Position numbers and translations under genes: made by a program. Below the pieces are notes generated by a model. The model had not been told where the DNA came from, searched no databases, and worked only from the letters and a program-made list of their open reading frames with translations. This document shows, in pieces, positions 48,568-58,497 of a DNA stretch of 64,000 bases; position 1 is the stretch's first letter, and every line of letters starts with the position of its first letter. The DNA is from Candidatus Zhuqueibacterota bacterium (GTDB taxonomy: Bacteria > BS750m-G25), in assembly GCA_016783505.1 (NCBI GenBank), contig JADHWK010000006.1, positions 13,533 to 77,532 on the forward strand, written 5' to 3'.

Positions 48568-50166
48568 ACGAGAAAATTATTTAAAAGCTTTTACTTCGGA
48601 TTGTTTATGGTCGCCATAGCAAATGCAACCATCATCAATGTCCCGGGAGATCAACCGACAATTCAGGCTGGGATCAATATTGCAGTGAATGGTGACACTA
48701 TTCTTGTCCAACCTGGCAGCTATGTAGAAAACATCAATTTTAACGGAAAAAATATTGTTGTAGGATCATTGTTTCTAACAACAGGCGACACTGCCTACAT
48801 CTCACAGACCGTGATTGATGGAGACTCCAGCGGAAGTGTTGTAACGTTTGAGAATAGTGAGGATACGACGGCGGTGTTAAGGGGGTTTACGATTACAAAC
48901 GGTTCGTATGGTTCTGGTGGTGGGATTTACTGCTTGAATTCCAGTCCAAGATTGGTGAATGTGACAATGATAGGTAATTCTGCTGATGAATATGGTGGCG
49001 GTATTTTCTGTAGTGATGAATCCAGCCCAAGTTTGGAGAATGTTACGATAAGTGGGAATACGGCTGATGATGGTGGTGGGATTTACTGTTATGAATCCAG
49101 CCCGAGTTTAATAAATGTGACGGTGAGTGGAAACACATCCTCTTCTTACGGCGGCGGGATTTGCTGCATTGTTAATTCCAATCTGAGTTTTGTGAACGTG
49201 ACAATAACAAATAATTATGCTTATTCTGGGGGAGGGATTTGGTGTGTTGAATCCAGCCCGAGTTTGGAGAATGTGACCATAATAGTAAATTCTGCTATAA
49301 ATGGTGGCGGGATTTTCTGTGATGTCAACTCCAGCCCGAGTTTGGATAATGTTACGATAAGTGGGAATACGGCTGTTTATTCTGGCGGCGGGATTTACTG
49401 TCGGAATAATTCTATCCCAAGTTTGTCGAATGTAACCATAAGCGAGAATACGGCTCATATTGGTGGTGGGATTTACTGTCATGATAATTCCAACCCGACT
49501 TTGATAAATACCGTCCTCTGGAACGATTTGTCGCAGGAGATTTATTTCTGCCAATATGGAGACTCAAGTTCCATTACAATCGCCTATTCCGATGTGCAGG
49601 GTGGGCAAGATAGTATTGTAACCAACGACAATGGCACTGTGAACTGGCTGGAAGGGAATATTGATACCGATCCGCTGTTTGTTGATGCTACAAGTGGTGA
49701 TTTTCACCATCAAGAAGGTTCCCCCTGTATAGATGCAGGAATACCAGACACTTCTGGGTTAAATCTACCACTTTGGGATTTAGATGGTAATCAGCGTATC
49801 TGGGATGGTGATGGAGACGGTTCAGCGATTATTGATATGGGTGCTTATGAATATGGTTCTCCGTCAGTTGTCGGGATAGATGATAATGCTATGGTTGAAC
49901 TAATAAGCTTTAATCTTTACCAAAATTACCCCAATCCCTTCAACCATATGAGCACAATCAAATACGGGTTTCCCAAAGAGTCAAAGGTAACCTTGAAGAT
50001 CTTTGACATCCTAGGGCGGGAAGTGACTACTTTGGTCAATGAACATCAGACTGCCGGTTATTATCAGGTAAGTTGGGATGCATCCGGTTATTCGTCTGGT
50101 ATCTATTTTTATCAAATTCAAGCTGGTGAGTTTCGGAAGGTGAGGAAGATGGTTTTGTTGAAATAA
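48568..50166 (+). CDS. Secreted right-handed beta-helix repeat protein with CTD; apparent ACG start
   Basis: VPGDQPTIQAGI; eight GGGIxC repeats; SPCIDAG, DMGAYE; AAGGAG RBS precedes in-frame ACG that restores a signal peptide. Confidence 0.8.
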   Translation, partial: TRKLFKSFYFGLFMVAIANATIINVPGDQPTIQAGINIAVNGDTILVQPGSYVENINFNGKNIVVGSLFLTTGDTAYISQTVIDGDSSGSVVTFENSEDTTAVLRGFTITNGSYGSGGGIYCLNSSPRLVNVTMIGNSADEYGGGIFCSDESSPSLENVTISGNTADDGGGIYCYESSPSLINVTVSGNTSSSYGGGICCIVNSNLSFVNVTITNNYAYSGGGIWCVESSPSLENVTIIVNSAINGGGIFCDVNSSPSLDNVTISGNTAVYSGGGIYCRNNSIPSLSNVTISENTAHIGGGIYCHDNSNPTLINTVLWNDLSQEIYFCQYGDSSSITIAYSDVQGGQDSIVTNDNGTVNWLEGNIDTDPLFVDATSGDFHHQEGSPCIDAGIPDTSGLNLPLWDLDGNQRIWDGDGDGSAIIDMGAYEYGSPSVVGIDDNAMVELISFNLYQNYPNPFNHMSTIKYGFPKESKVTLKIFDILGREVTTLVNEHQTAGYYQVSWDASGYSSGIYFYQIQAGEFRKVRKMVLLK

Positions 50167-50186
50167 GGCCAAATAACCAAACCAAG

Positions 50187-50325
50187 TGTAGCCGCACCCC
50201 GAAACTTCGGGGTGCGTAATTATCATTCAGTCGGGCTCCAGCCGATCAGTCTGGCGCCTGATTGTTGGCAGGCATAAAGTCATGCCTGCGGCAGGCAGGC
50301 GCCTATGGCGTGACCTGCGGCTACA
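50187..50325. repeat. GTAG-type REP doublet carrying nested palindromes
   Basis: TGTAGCCGCA...TGCGGCTACA termini; inner CCCCGAAACTTCGGGG, CAGTCTGGCGCCTGATTG, TGCCTGCGGCAGGCA. Confidence 0.75.
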
Positions 50326-50490
50326 TTCAAAAAAAGAGCCCATCAAATGATGGGGCTTTTTATTTCTGCCTGTCCCCTAAAACTGGGAATAAGTTTTGTT
50401 GCTTCAAGGTTGCACCTTGAAGCATTACTTAGGGAATAGAAGGAAGTATAAATTTTAGATACAAAAAAAGGCCATTTAAGATGGTCTTTT

Positions 50491-51450
50491 TTATAGGTGC
50501 TGTGCATATTCAAAAGCATCTGGTCGGGCGAAATCTGGTTGGTAATGACTTTGACTTTCCGGGGCCTGAATCCAGCCGTAACGGAATCCCAGGTTCTCGA
50601 ATTCCTCCAACACTTCATCATACTCTTCCCGGTATAAACACCGGCCCAATTCAGGATGCCCAAACACTTCCGGGATGGGGAAATATTGGGACATTAAAGA
50701 AACATGAACCGAAGGGGACAACTCATCGGCAATAAACCTTAAACATTCTTTGCTATTTTCAACCTACCCCGGCAGGATCAAATGTCTGATAATCAGGCCG
50801 GATTCAATATCCCCGTTATCATCCAGTCTGATATACGATCCTTTCTGGCGAAACATCTCCTTGAGGGCTCTCATTGCTACTTCGGGATAATCAGGCGTGG
50901 AGGAATAGCGTTCCGCCAACTTTTTATCTATGTACTTGAAATCCGGAAGGTACACGTCCACTATATTTTGCAGGGACTGAAGTGTTTCCCATTTATCATA
51001 AGAATTGGTGTTCATGATGTAAATTGGTTTCCTGCCCCTGCTCTCCAAGGCGCGGATGATGGCTTTCATCTGGGGGATGTGGTGTGAAGGTGAGACGAAG
51101 CCCACACATTTGGGGCCTTGATCAAGGGTTCTTTCTATCCTATCCAGAATGACCACCAGCTCCAGGCGGTGTTCCGGATTGTTTAGGCGATTCCGGCTGA
51201 TCTGATAATTCTGGCAGAAGATGCATTGCATGTTGCAGTGGGTAAAGAATACATTGCAGATTCCATTGGAACCGGTTATGACGGGTTCTTCCCCTTGATG
51301 AGTGCATATGGCAGCTACCCCAAACTCCATACCACACTGGCAAAATCCTAATTTTTCAGTATTGCGTTTGGCGTGGCAATTTCGGGGACAACAGGTGCAA
51401 TCTAAAAGTTCCTCAAAAATTGCAACTATATTTTCCCCGCTCAGTTCCAT
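50491..51450 (-). pseudogene. Radical SAM protein (PflX-like) interrupted by in-frame TAG
   Basis: CTCCPRNC, CNMQCIFC, YLPDFKY, IIRHLILPG*VENS...SLMSQYFP; TAG at 50764-66. Confidence 0.85.
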
Positions 51451-51571
51451 GATTCTGTTAAGTTTGGTGCCGCATTCCCCACATAGACATTTCTGTTACA
51501 TCAACAGCTCGAAAATTTGAACATCTATTTCTAAATGTTATCCTGGGGGCCACATTACGCCTAACGAGGGA

Positions 51572-52837
51572 TTATTTTGTCTCGGCTTGGTGAAATTTGG
51601 CGCCATAATACTTGTAAAAGGATCGAAAGGCGTCCTTCAGCACCGGCCAGCGAACGGTCTCGCGCAGGATTTCCCGGTAAAATTTGTGAGCCGATACGCT
51701 GTTGAACAGGGCATTCTGCATTATTTGATTTTGATGGGCGAAATGGATAAAAAAATCCAAAAGGCCGTAATTGGTGCTTAAGATGGCAAACCGCCGCATG
51801 AAATGCCCATAGGGTAAGTCATGAATGATCTCGTGGCAGGTTTCCTCAAAGAGCTTAAACGCCTGGCGCGAGATCCCTTCATGCATCATCACCTGGGCGG
51901 CATGAATGCCGCTTTGAAACGCCGAATTGATCCCCTTTCCTTTAAACGGCCGCACCAAACCGGCCGCATCCCCAATCATTACATAGCGGTGTCCATAATA
52001 GTTCTTAGCGATGGAAATGGGGAATTTGCCTTTAAAATAGAAAAGCGAGTTGTGATCGTAGCTATCATTCGAAGGCAGAATCTGACGCACGGGAGAGTAG
52101 CGCAAAAAGGTGTCCATCCAATGGGTATTGATGTCCTTGCCGGCGATATTGATAGTGATGTGATTGTATTTCGGGGTGATGGCGCCGAACTCGATCCGAC
52201 GGTAGGAAGGAAGAAAGGCAAAAATCTTGTTTCCGATCTGCGCCATATAATCCATCCCGGGATGGATTTTGGTCACAATGGAATACAAAAATTCCGGCGA
52301 ACGGTAATCGGTGGCGCGTTCAAACATCTGGATGGACCCGTCATCGAGGCCGAAGGCACCCACCACTACATCGCAGCGGAGATAGTCGGTTTCCGAATAG
52401 AGAATGACCCGATCCGGGTGCAGTTCCAGATCAGTTACCCTGCTTTGGCGCACATCTACACCCCACTGCAGGGCCTGATCCAACAAATAACTGTCAAAAG
52501 TAATGCGGCGGACAGCAAAAGAGGGTTCCGATTCATCCTGCAATTCAATGTGGCGGTTGTCGGAATACAGGATATAACCGGTAATCTCCCGCTGGACAAG
52601 ATGGTCGGGAAACGGCACCTGCAACTGATCTTCCAGTAAGGAACGGATCGGAGGGGACAGCACCCCTACGCATTGGTTGTAATGGGGCACACCGGAGTAG
52701 GTTTTACCCTCGTAGATCACGGTTTGCACGCGAATGCCGCGTTCCCGGGCCAACCTTTTCAACGTAATGGCACAAGCCATCCCGCCAGGCCCACCGCCGA
52801 CTATGCCCACTATGGATCCATCCTGCAAACGTTCCAT
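51572..52837 (-). CDS. FAD-dependent oxidoreductase (geranylgeranyl reductase-like family)
   Basis: IVGGGPGG, RITFDSYLL, IGDAAG...GKGINSA; probable start MERLQDG at 52837. Confidence 0.8.
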   Translation of the reverse strand: MERLQDGSIVGIVGGGPGGMACAITLKRLARERGIRVQTVIYEGKTYSGVPHYNQCVGVLSPPIRSLLEDQLQVPFPDHLVQREITGYILYSDNRHIELQDESEPSFAVRRITFDSYLLDQALQWGVDVRQSRVTDLELHPDRVILYSETDYLRCDVVVGAFGLDDGSIQMFERATDYRSPEFLYSIVTKIHPGMDYMAQIGNKIFAFLPSYRRIEFGAITPKYNHITINIAGKDINTHWMDTFLRYSPVRQILPSNDSYDHNSLFYFKGKFPISIAKNYYGHRYVMIGDAAGLVRPFKGKGINSAFQSGIHAAQVMMHEGISRQAFKLFEETCHEIIHDLPYGHFMRRFAILSTNYGLLDFFIHFAHQNQIMQNALFNSVSAHKFYREILRETVRWPVLKDAFRSFYKYYGAKFHQAETK

Positions 52838-53241
52838 TCCCCATTTCGCCCGCACCTTGGAAACATCCGTATCCGGCAGAGATACAGGCCGGATGTTCTG
52901 GGCAGGGAATTTCTCCCTGAAGCTTTTCAGAGTCTTGCGAACCATGAACAACTGAAAGACGGGATTAATAAATTTCGAAAAGATTTTTTGATACCATTGG
53001 CGACCAGTGAACATGTTCCACACCGGGTGATTCGAGCCGAATACCGTTCAGCCGCAACAGGCGAACCAGATTTTCGGAGATGACGCCCGCGCAGAGGTTG
53101 CATCCGGGCGGTCCAGTAAGCAAAAAGTCCTTGGCATCAAAGATGGAGAGTTGGATGTAATGGAGTCCGGTTCGGCGACGGATTAGTATCCTGGTTTCCT
53201 TACAACTGTATCTGCGGGAGGAACTACCCGGTCTTTTTCAT
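52838..53241 (-). pseudogene. Internally deleted remnant of a paralogous FAD-dependent oxidoreductase
   Basis: Manual translation IFDAKDFLLTGPPGCNLCAGVISENL parallels IYEGKTYSGVPHYNQCVGVLS of the downstream gene. Confidence 0.5.
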
Positions 53242-53412
53242 GAATATAGCGAATTATCTATATACTGTCAAGGGAAAAGTTGATTAATCCAAATCAAACC
53301 TATGGATTTTTTGAACTGTTGGTCGGTCAAACTAGTCCGTTTTGTTATTGACTTTATGGGAAAAATTCCGTATTTTTTGAAAAGTTAAAATTTAAATTTA
53401 GGATGTTTGGGA

Positions 53413-54420
53413 ATGATGGGAACTGAGAATAGCAAAAGGGACGATTTAAAGGCAGCCCGGGAGCTGAAGGAGGCCCGGGATGTCATAGATAGGGAGATCG
53501 AGAAGGTCATTGTGGGCCAGAAGAAGGTGATCGAGGAGCTGCTCATCTCCCTTCTCTCCCGGGGACACTGCCTTATCATCGGGGTCCCTGGCCTGGCTAA
53601 GACCCTGCTAATCAGCACCCTGGCTCAAATGCTGGAGCTTAAGTTTTGCCGCATCCAGTTCACACCGGATCTGATGCCCTCGGACATTTCGGGGACCGAG
53701 ATCATCGAGGAGGACATGACCACCGGCAAGAAATCCTTCCGTTTTGTCAAAGGGCCGGTGTTTGCCAATATAGTGCTGGCTGATGAGATCAACCGCACCC
53801 CCCCAAAGACCCAGGCGGCCCTGCTGCAGGCGATGCAGGAGCACGAAGTTAGCTACGGGGGTGTGACACATAAACTGGAGGAGCCCTTCTTTGTCCTGGC
53901 CACCCAGAATCCCATCGAACAGGAGGGGACCTACCCCCTTCCTGAGGCCCAACTGGATCGTTTTATGTTTAACCTGTGGATGGATTACCCCTCCCACGAC
54001 GAGGAGATGGAGATCGTGCGCACCACTACCAGTGGGTATACAGGCTCGGTGGAGGTGGTTTTGAACGCTGATAGTATCATAAAGCTGCAGGATCTGGTGC
54101 GGCGGGTGCCGGTGGCCGACAATGTGATTGACTTCGCGGTGGAACTGGTCAGGCGCACCCGACCCAACTTTGACGGGTCCCCCCAGTTCGTCTGGGACTG
54201 GGTAAGTTGGGGAGCGGGACCCCGGGCCTCCCAATATCTCATCCTGGGGGCCAAGACCCGCTGCATCTTAGACGGCCGCTACACCCCAGACATAGACGAC
54301 GTGCGAAGGGTGGCCCTGCCCGTCCTCCGGCACCGGATCGTGACCAACTTTAACGCCGAAGCCGACGGGGTGGGGACATCGGAAATCATCGAGAAACTTT
54401 TGAAAGAGGGAAAAACTTGA
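53413..54420 (+). CDS. moxR: MoxR-family AAA+ ATPase
   Basis: GVPGLAKT, RIQFTPDLMPSD, DEINRTPPKTQAALL, ATQNPIEQEGTYPLPEAQLDRF. Confidence 0.95.
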   Translation: MMGTENSKRDDLKAARELKEARDVIDREIEKVIVGQKKVIEELLISLLSRGHCLIIGVPGLAKTLLISTLAQMLELKFCRIQFTPDLMPSDISGTEIIEEDMTTGKKSFRFVKGPVFANIVLADEINRTPPKTQAALLQAMQEHEVSYGGVTHKLEEPFFVLATQNPIEQEGTYPLPEAQLDRFMFNLWMDYPSHDEEMEIVRTTTSGYTGSVEVVLNADSIIKLQDLVRRVPVADNVIDFAVELVRRTRPNFDGSPQFVWDWVSWGAGPRASQYLILGAKTRCILDGRYTPDIDDVRRVALPVLRHRIVTNFNAEADGVGTSEIIEKLLKEGKT

Positions 54421-54463
54421 TTTCAGGAAGAAAAGTCGGGAACTTTGAAAAAGGAGAACGATT

Positions 54464-54694
54464 ATGATTAGGGGTTTAATTACCGTTGATCCAAAGGTTT
54501 GTCACGGCAAACCCTGTATACGAGGAACCAGAATCATGGTTAGCAATATTTTAAGTCAGCTTGCGGGTGGCTATGGTTTTGACCAGATCAAGGAGGGGTA
54601 TCCAGAACTGACAGATGAACATATAAAAGCAGCCATAGAATATGCTGCCCATTTAGTTGAAGATGAGGACATCTTTTTAGTGCCTGCTGAATAA
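54464..54694 (+). CDS. DUF433 protein (putative antitoxin), orphan
   Basis: ITVDPKVCHGKPCIRGTRI.V..IL..LA.G.....I...YPEL. Confidence 0.9.
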   Translation: MIRGLITVDPKVCHGKPCIRGTRIMVSNILSQLAGGYGFDQIKEGYPELTDEHIKAAIEYAAHLVEDEDIFLVPAE

Positions 54695-55587
54695 TGGAAG
54701 CCTACCGCAAATACCTAAGCCCCCAGGTGGTCTCCCGTCTGGCCCGGATGGATCTTAGGGCCCGGTTGGTGGTGGAGGGATTTTTAACCGGACTGCACAA
54801 GAGCCCCTATCATGGGTTCTCGGTGGAGTTTGCCGAACACCGACCCTACGGCCCGGGCGACCCCATCCGCTTCATAGACTGGAAGGTATGGGGACGGACG
54901 GACCGATACTACATTAAGGAATACGTGGAGGAGACCAACCTCAAGGCATATCTGCTGATGGACATTAGTGCCTCCATGGGATATTCTTCAAACGGCCTGT
55001 CCAAATTGGAATATGGGACCTATCTGGCCGCGGCCTTATCCTACCTGATGCTATCCCAGCAGGATGCGGTGGGGCTGTTGGTCTTCGATGAGGTTATCCG
55101 CAAATACCTACCCCCCAAGTCGGTGATGGGCTATCTGCACCCCCTGCTGACCGAACTGGACGGGCTGAAGCCCGGTCGGGGGACGGATGTGAGCCGGGTC
55201 CTGCACCATCTGGCCGAACGGATCAAGCGGCGGGGGCTGATTATTTTGATCTCTGACCTTTTCGATGACCCCGAAAGGGTGATGACTGGGCTCAAGCATT
55301 TTCGGCATAAGAAACATGAGGTTATCGTATTTCACGTTCTGAATCCCCAGGAACGGGGATTTGATTTTAAGCGGGATGGGGTGTTCGTGGACCTGGAAAC
55401 CGGGGAGCGGCTTACCGTCCAGCCCTGGCATATCAAGCGGGCTTATCGGGAACTTATGGGCACCTTTGCCGATTGGTATAAAAGGGAGTGCCGCCAACAC
55501 CGGATTGATTACGTATTACTGGATACCGCTACCGATTACGATGTGGCTTTGGTCCAATATTTGACCAAGAGAAAGCGGATTATGTAA
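54694..55587 (+). CDS. DUF58 domain-containing protein (MoxR partner)
   Basis: GLHKSPYHGFSVEFAEHRPY.PGD..R.IDWK, DISASM, ISDL. Confidence 0.93.
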   Translation: MEAYRKYLSPQVVSRLARMDLRARLVVEGFLTGLHKSPYHGFSVEFAEHRPYGPGDPIRFIDWKVWGRTDRYYIKEYVEETNLKAYLLMDISASMGYSSNGLSKLEYGTYLAAALSYLMLSQQDAVGLLVFDEVIRKYLPPKSVMGYLHPLLTELDGLKPGRGTDVSRVLHHLAERIKRRGLIILISDLFDDPERVMTGLKHFRHKKHEVIVFHVLNPQERGFDFKRDGVFVDLETGERLTVQPWHIKRAYRELMGTFADWYKRECRQHRIDYVLLDTATDYDVALVQYLTKRKRIM

Positions 55588-55703
55588 CCCCCACTTTCAG
55601 ACAACAAATTGGGCTCATCTTGAATTTTTATGAGTACCACTAAAACCCGGAAAGAGGGATAAATTTTAGTTATTTGGCCGATATCGTGCCTCAGCCTCTT
55701 CTG

Positions 55704-55823
55704 TGTCATTCCTGAATGTTTTCATCAGGAATCCAGGTTTTTTGGGGAGGGTTTCTTTTAGGAAAACCAGTAAGAGTGGATTCCCGCTAGAGGATTGCCC
55801 TGCCAGGCATGGCGGGAATGACA
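55704..55823. repeat. GTCATTCC...GGAATCC paired palindromic repeat (dRS3/RPE-like)
   Basis: TGTCATTCCTGA...TCAGGAATCCA and TGGATTCCCGC...GCGGGAATGACA in inverted arrangement. Confidence 0.75.
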
Positions 55824-56051
55824 AAAAAAGAAACAGCTAAGGGAAAAAAATCATATTGATGCATTTTTTTCCAGCAAAGAAACAGTAACAAATTTTTGTT
55901 AAATAGACAAATTATTGTTTGTATCCGCACTAACCTGTGAAGAGCCCGGCGGGTAATTAATCGTAATACGAAGACGCAACTAACAAACAAGACTAGTCCG
56001 GCATTTGCCGGACAAACGAAAAGGGAATGACGTAACCTATTTTTAGGGAGG

Positions 56052-58457
56052 ATGAAGATGAAAAAGTTCTTATCAATCATTCTGGGGTTGCTGGTCATGT
56101 CTTCTATTGCCGGGGCCCAGCTACTCGTGCCCACCCAATCGGTGGCCACCACCGACGATGCCTTATCTACCGCCGTAAATCCGGCTGGGCTGGGGGTCAA
56201 CCGTAAAGCCCAGGGATATCTACTGGGGACTTATAACGGCGATTTCGGCCGGAACAGCAGTTTATTCCTGTCCGCTGACGGCTTAGGCTTCGGGGCCGGG
56301 TGGTTGGAGGAAGGGGGTTCCCATTATCAGCACTACATCCTGGCCCTGGGGAGCTATTCCGGTAGTGGATTTTACCTGGGGGGGAGCTATGAATGGTTCG
56401 GGACGGTGGATCGTTCCGGGATATTCAACCTGGGGGCACTGTACCGCCCCTTTCCCTCCCTGTCGTTGGGGCTTGCCGCCCGTCAAATCAACAAACCGGA
56501 TGGGATTTATCCCCAGTATGACATCGGAATTGCCCTGCGATCTTTCGGCAATCGGCTGACGCTGGCTCTGGACGCCAGCCTGAACAAAATGGGCGATAAC
56601 GCCTACGGAGACAGCCTGAACCCTACCCTTCTGGTCAACTTAGAGATGGTTGACGGGATCGTCTTTAGGGGTCATTACTCTGAAGACGGCTACGGGGTAG
56701 GACTGGGTATTAACTTTAGCTCTGCAGGACTGGGGGGATACAGCTCTTTTTCCGACGGTTCCCATCAGGGGGGCGTATCCTACGCCCGCTTTTCCGCCGA
56801 GAGGTATCGCACCGTATTCAAAAAGCGGCCCGCCCAATTCATTGAGCTAAAACTGTCGGGTCCCATCTTTGTGGGAAAACCGGGTTTTTCCCTGTTCGGT
56901 CCCAAGGGTTGGACGATGAAATCCCTGATTAATCGAATCAAACAGCTTAAGGAGGACGAAGCCGTTTCCGGGATGATTCTGAAGCTGGGGCCCGTTGGGG
57001 TGGGGTGGGGTAAGATGCAGGAGATCCGGGACGCCCTGACCGGTTTTCGGGAAGGGGGCAAGCAAATCATCTGCTTCATGGAAATGGGGGGGAACGGCCA
57101 GTATTATCTGGCCTCGGTCTGCGATAAGATTTATATGGAACCCTCAGGCTATCTTAATTTTAACGGCCTGCGGGTTGAAGTAACCTTCCTGAAGGGAACC
57201 CTGGATAAGCTGGGAATTAAGGCCGAGCTGGAGCACATCGGCCGCTACAAATCCGCCTCTGACATGCTCACCCGTGACTCCATGTCTGTGGCCCATCGGG
57301 AGGTGATGAACTCTATTCTTGATGACCTCTTCGACCAGTTCACTACCCAGATCGCCGAGAGTCGCCATTTCACTAACGAAGAATTGGTGGAGAAAATCGA
57401 TCGGGGCCCCTATACTGCTAAGGAGGCCTACGAGGCCGGACTGGTGGATTCCTTAGTCTATGAAGACCAACTGGAGGATTTGGCCAAACGGGTAGGCGGG
57501 GAGAAAGTCAAGGTTGTGAAGGCCAAAAAGTATTTTAAGCGCAAGGACTACGTCCATGATTGGGTTGATCCCACCCGGGATAAGATCGCCATTGTTTACG
57601 CTACCGGACTCATCGTCCCCGGTAAAAGTGAGACCGACCCCTTCACGGGCAGTAAGACCATGGGCTCGGAGACCATCGCAAAGGCCATCAGAAACGCCCG
57701 GGAGAACGAGGGGGTGAAGGCCATCGTCTTCCGTATTGATTCGGGTGGGGGTTCCGGGCTGGCCTCCGATATCATCTGGCATGAGGTTAAATTAACCACC
57801 GAGGGGGAGAAGAAAAAACCCTTCATCGTCTCCATGGCCGACGTGGCCGGGTCGGGAGGTTACTATATCGCCTGTGCCGCCGATACTATCGTGGCCGAAC
57901 CGGGCACCATCACCGGTTCCATCGGGGTTATCTCGGGTAAGTTTGACATCAGTGGGCTGGAGCGCAAGATCGGCTTTCACACCGACATTATCAAACGTGG
58001 TGAACACGCCGATATTTACTCCAGTTCCAGGGGCTTTACCGAGGAGGAGCGGGAGAAGGTTCGCAAGCAGATACGGGAATTCTACGAGGATTTTATCGCC
58101 AAGGTGGCCGAGGGTAGGGACACAAACGCCGTTTATATAGATTCGATCGGCATGGGCCGCATCTGGACGGGTAGACAAGGTGTAGGTATCGGTCTGGTGG
58201 ATACCCTGGGGGGATTGGATCTAGCGGTAGAGATCGCTAAGGCGGCGGCAGGGATCCCCGCAGAAAAGGGGGTGGACCTTGAGATCTATCCCAGGTTGAA
58301 GAAATTCGGGATTGAGCTGAAAATCGGTTCGATGCTAGTCAGGGGCTTTACCCTTTCACCCGAGGAACGACTGGCCTTAAGAATTGAAGAGCTGAGGAAA
58401 CTCTACGCTTCAGGCCAGCCCCTGCTGATCATGCCTTACAATATAAAAATTGAATAA
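56052..58457 (+). CDS. sppA: Signal peptide peptidase SppA (S49) with N-terminal beta-barrel-like domain
   Basis: Two S49 domains (GRYKSA; RIDSGGGS, AGSGGYY, GSIGV, GRIWTG); N-terminal DDA...NPAGL. Confidence 0.9.
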   Translation: MKMKKFLSIILGLLVMSSIAGAQLLVPTQSVATTDDALSTAVNPAGLGVNRKAQGYLLGTYNGDFGRNSSLFLSADGLGFGAGWLEEGGSHYQHYILALGSYSGSGFYLGGSYEWFGTVDRSGIFNLGALYRPFPSLSLGLAARQINKPDGIYPQYDIGIALRSFGNRLTLALDASLNKMGDNAYGDSLNPTLLVNLEMVDGIVFRGHYSEDGYGVGLGINFSSAGLGGYSSFSDGSHQGGVSYARFSAERYRTVFKKRPAQFIELKLSGPIFVGKPGFSLFGPKGWTMKSLINRIKQLKEDEAVSGMILKLGPVGVGWGKMQEIRDALTGFREGGKQIICFMEMGGNGQYYLASVCDKIYMEPSGYLNFNGLRVEVTFLKGTLDKLGIKAELEHIGRYKSASDMLTRDSMSVAHREVMNSILDDLFDQFTTQIAESRHFTNEELVEKIDRGPYTAKEAYEAGLVDSLVYEDQLEDLAKRVGGEKVKVVKAKKYFKRKDYVHDWVDPTRDKIAIVYATGLIVPGKSETDPFTGSKTMGSETIAKAIRNARENEGVKAIVFRIDSGGGSGLASDIIWHEVKLTTEGEKKKPFIVSMADVAGSGGYYIACAADTIVAEPGTITGSIGVISGKFDISGLERKIGFHTDIIKRGEHADIYSSSRGFTEEEREKVRKQIREFYEDFIAKVAEGRDTNAVYIDSIGMGRIWTGRQGVGIGLVDTLGGLDLAVEIAKAAAGIPAEKGVDLEIYPRLKKFGIELKIGSMLVRGFTLSPEERLALRIEELRKLYASGQPLLIMPYNIKIE

Positions 58458-58497
58458 CTAGACTTTGGCAAAAATCACTTTTTAGTGGATCAGGATA

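Noticed and set aside
17557-50766. Amber (TAG) recoding, suggested by in-frame TAGs in the MNT and PflX-like genes
   Set aside because: Several intact genes end at TAG (18826, 24475, 27430), other lesions are TAA or frameshifts, and no pyl genes or suppressor tRNA are in the window; nonsense mutations are simpler.
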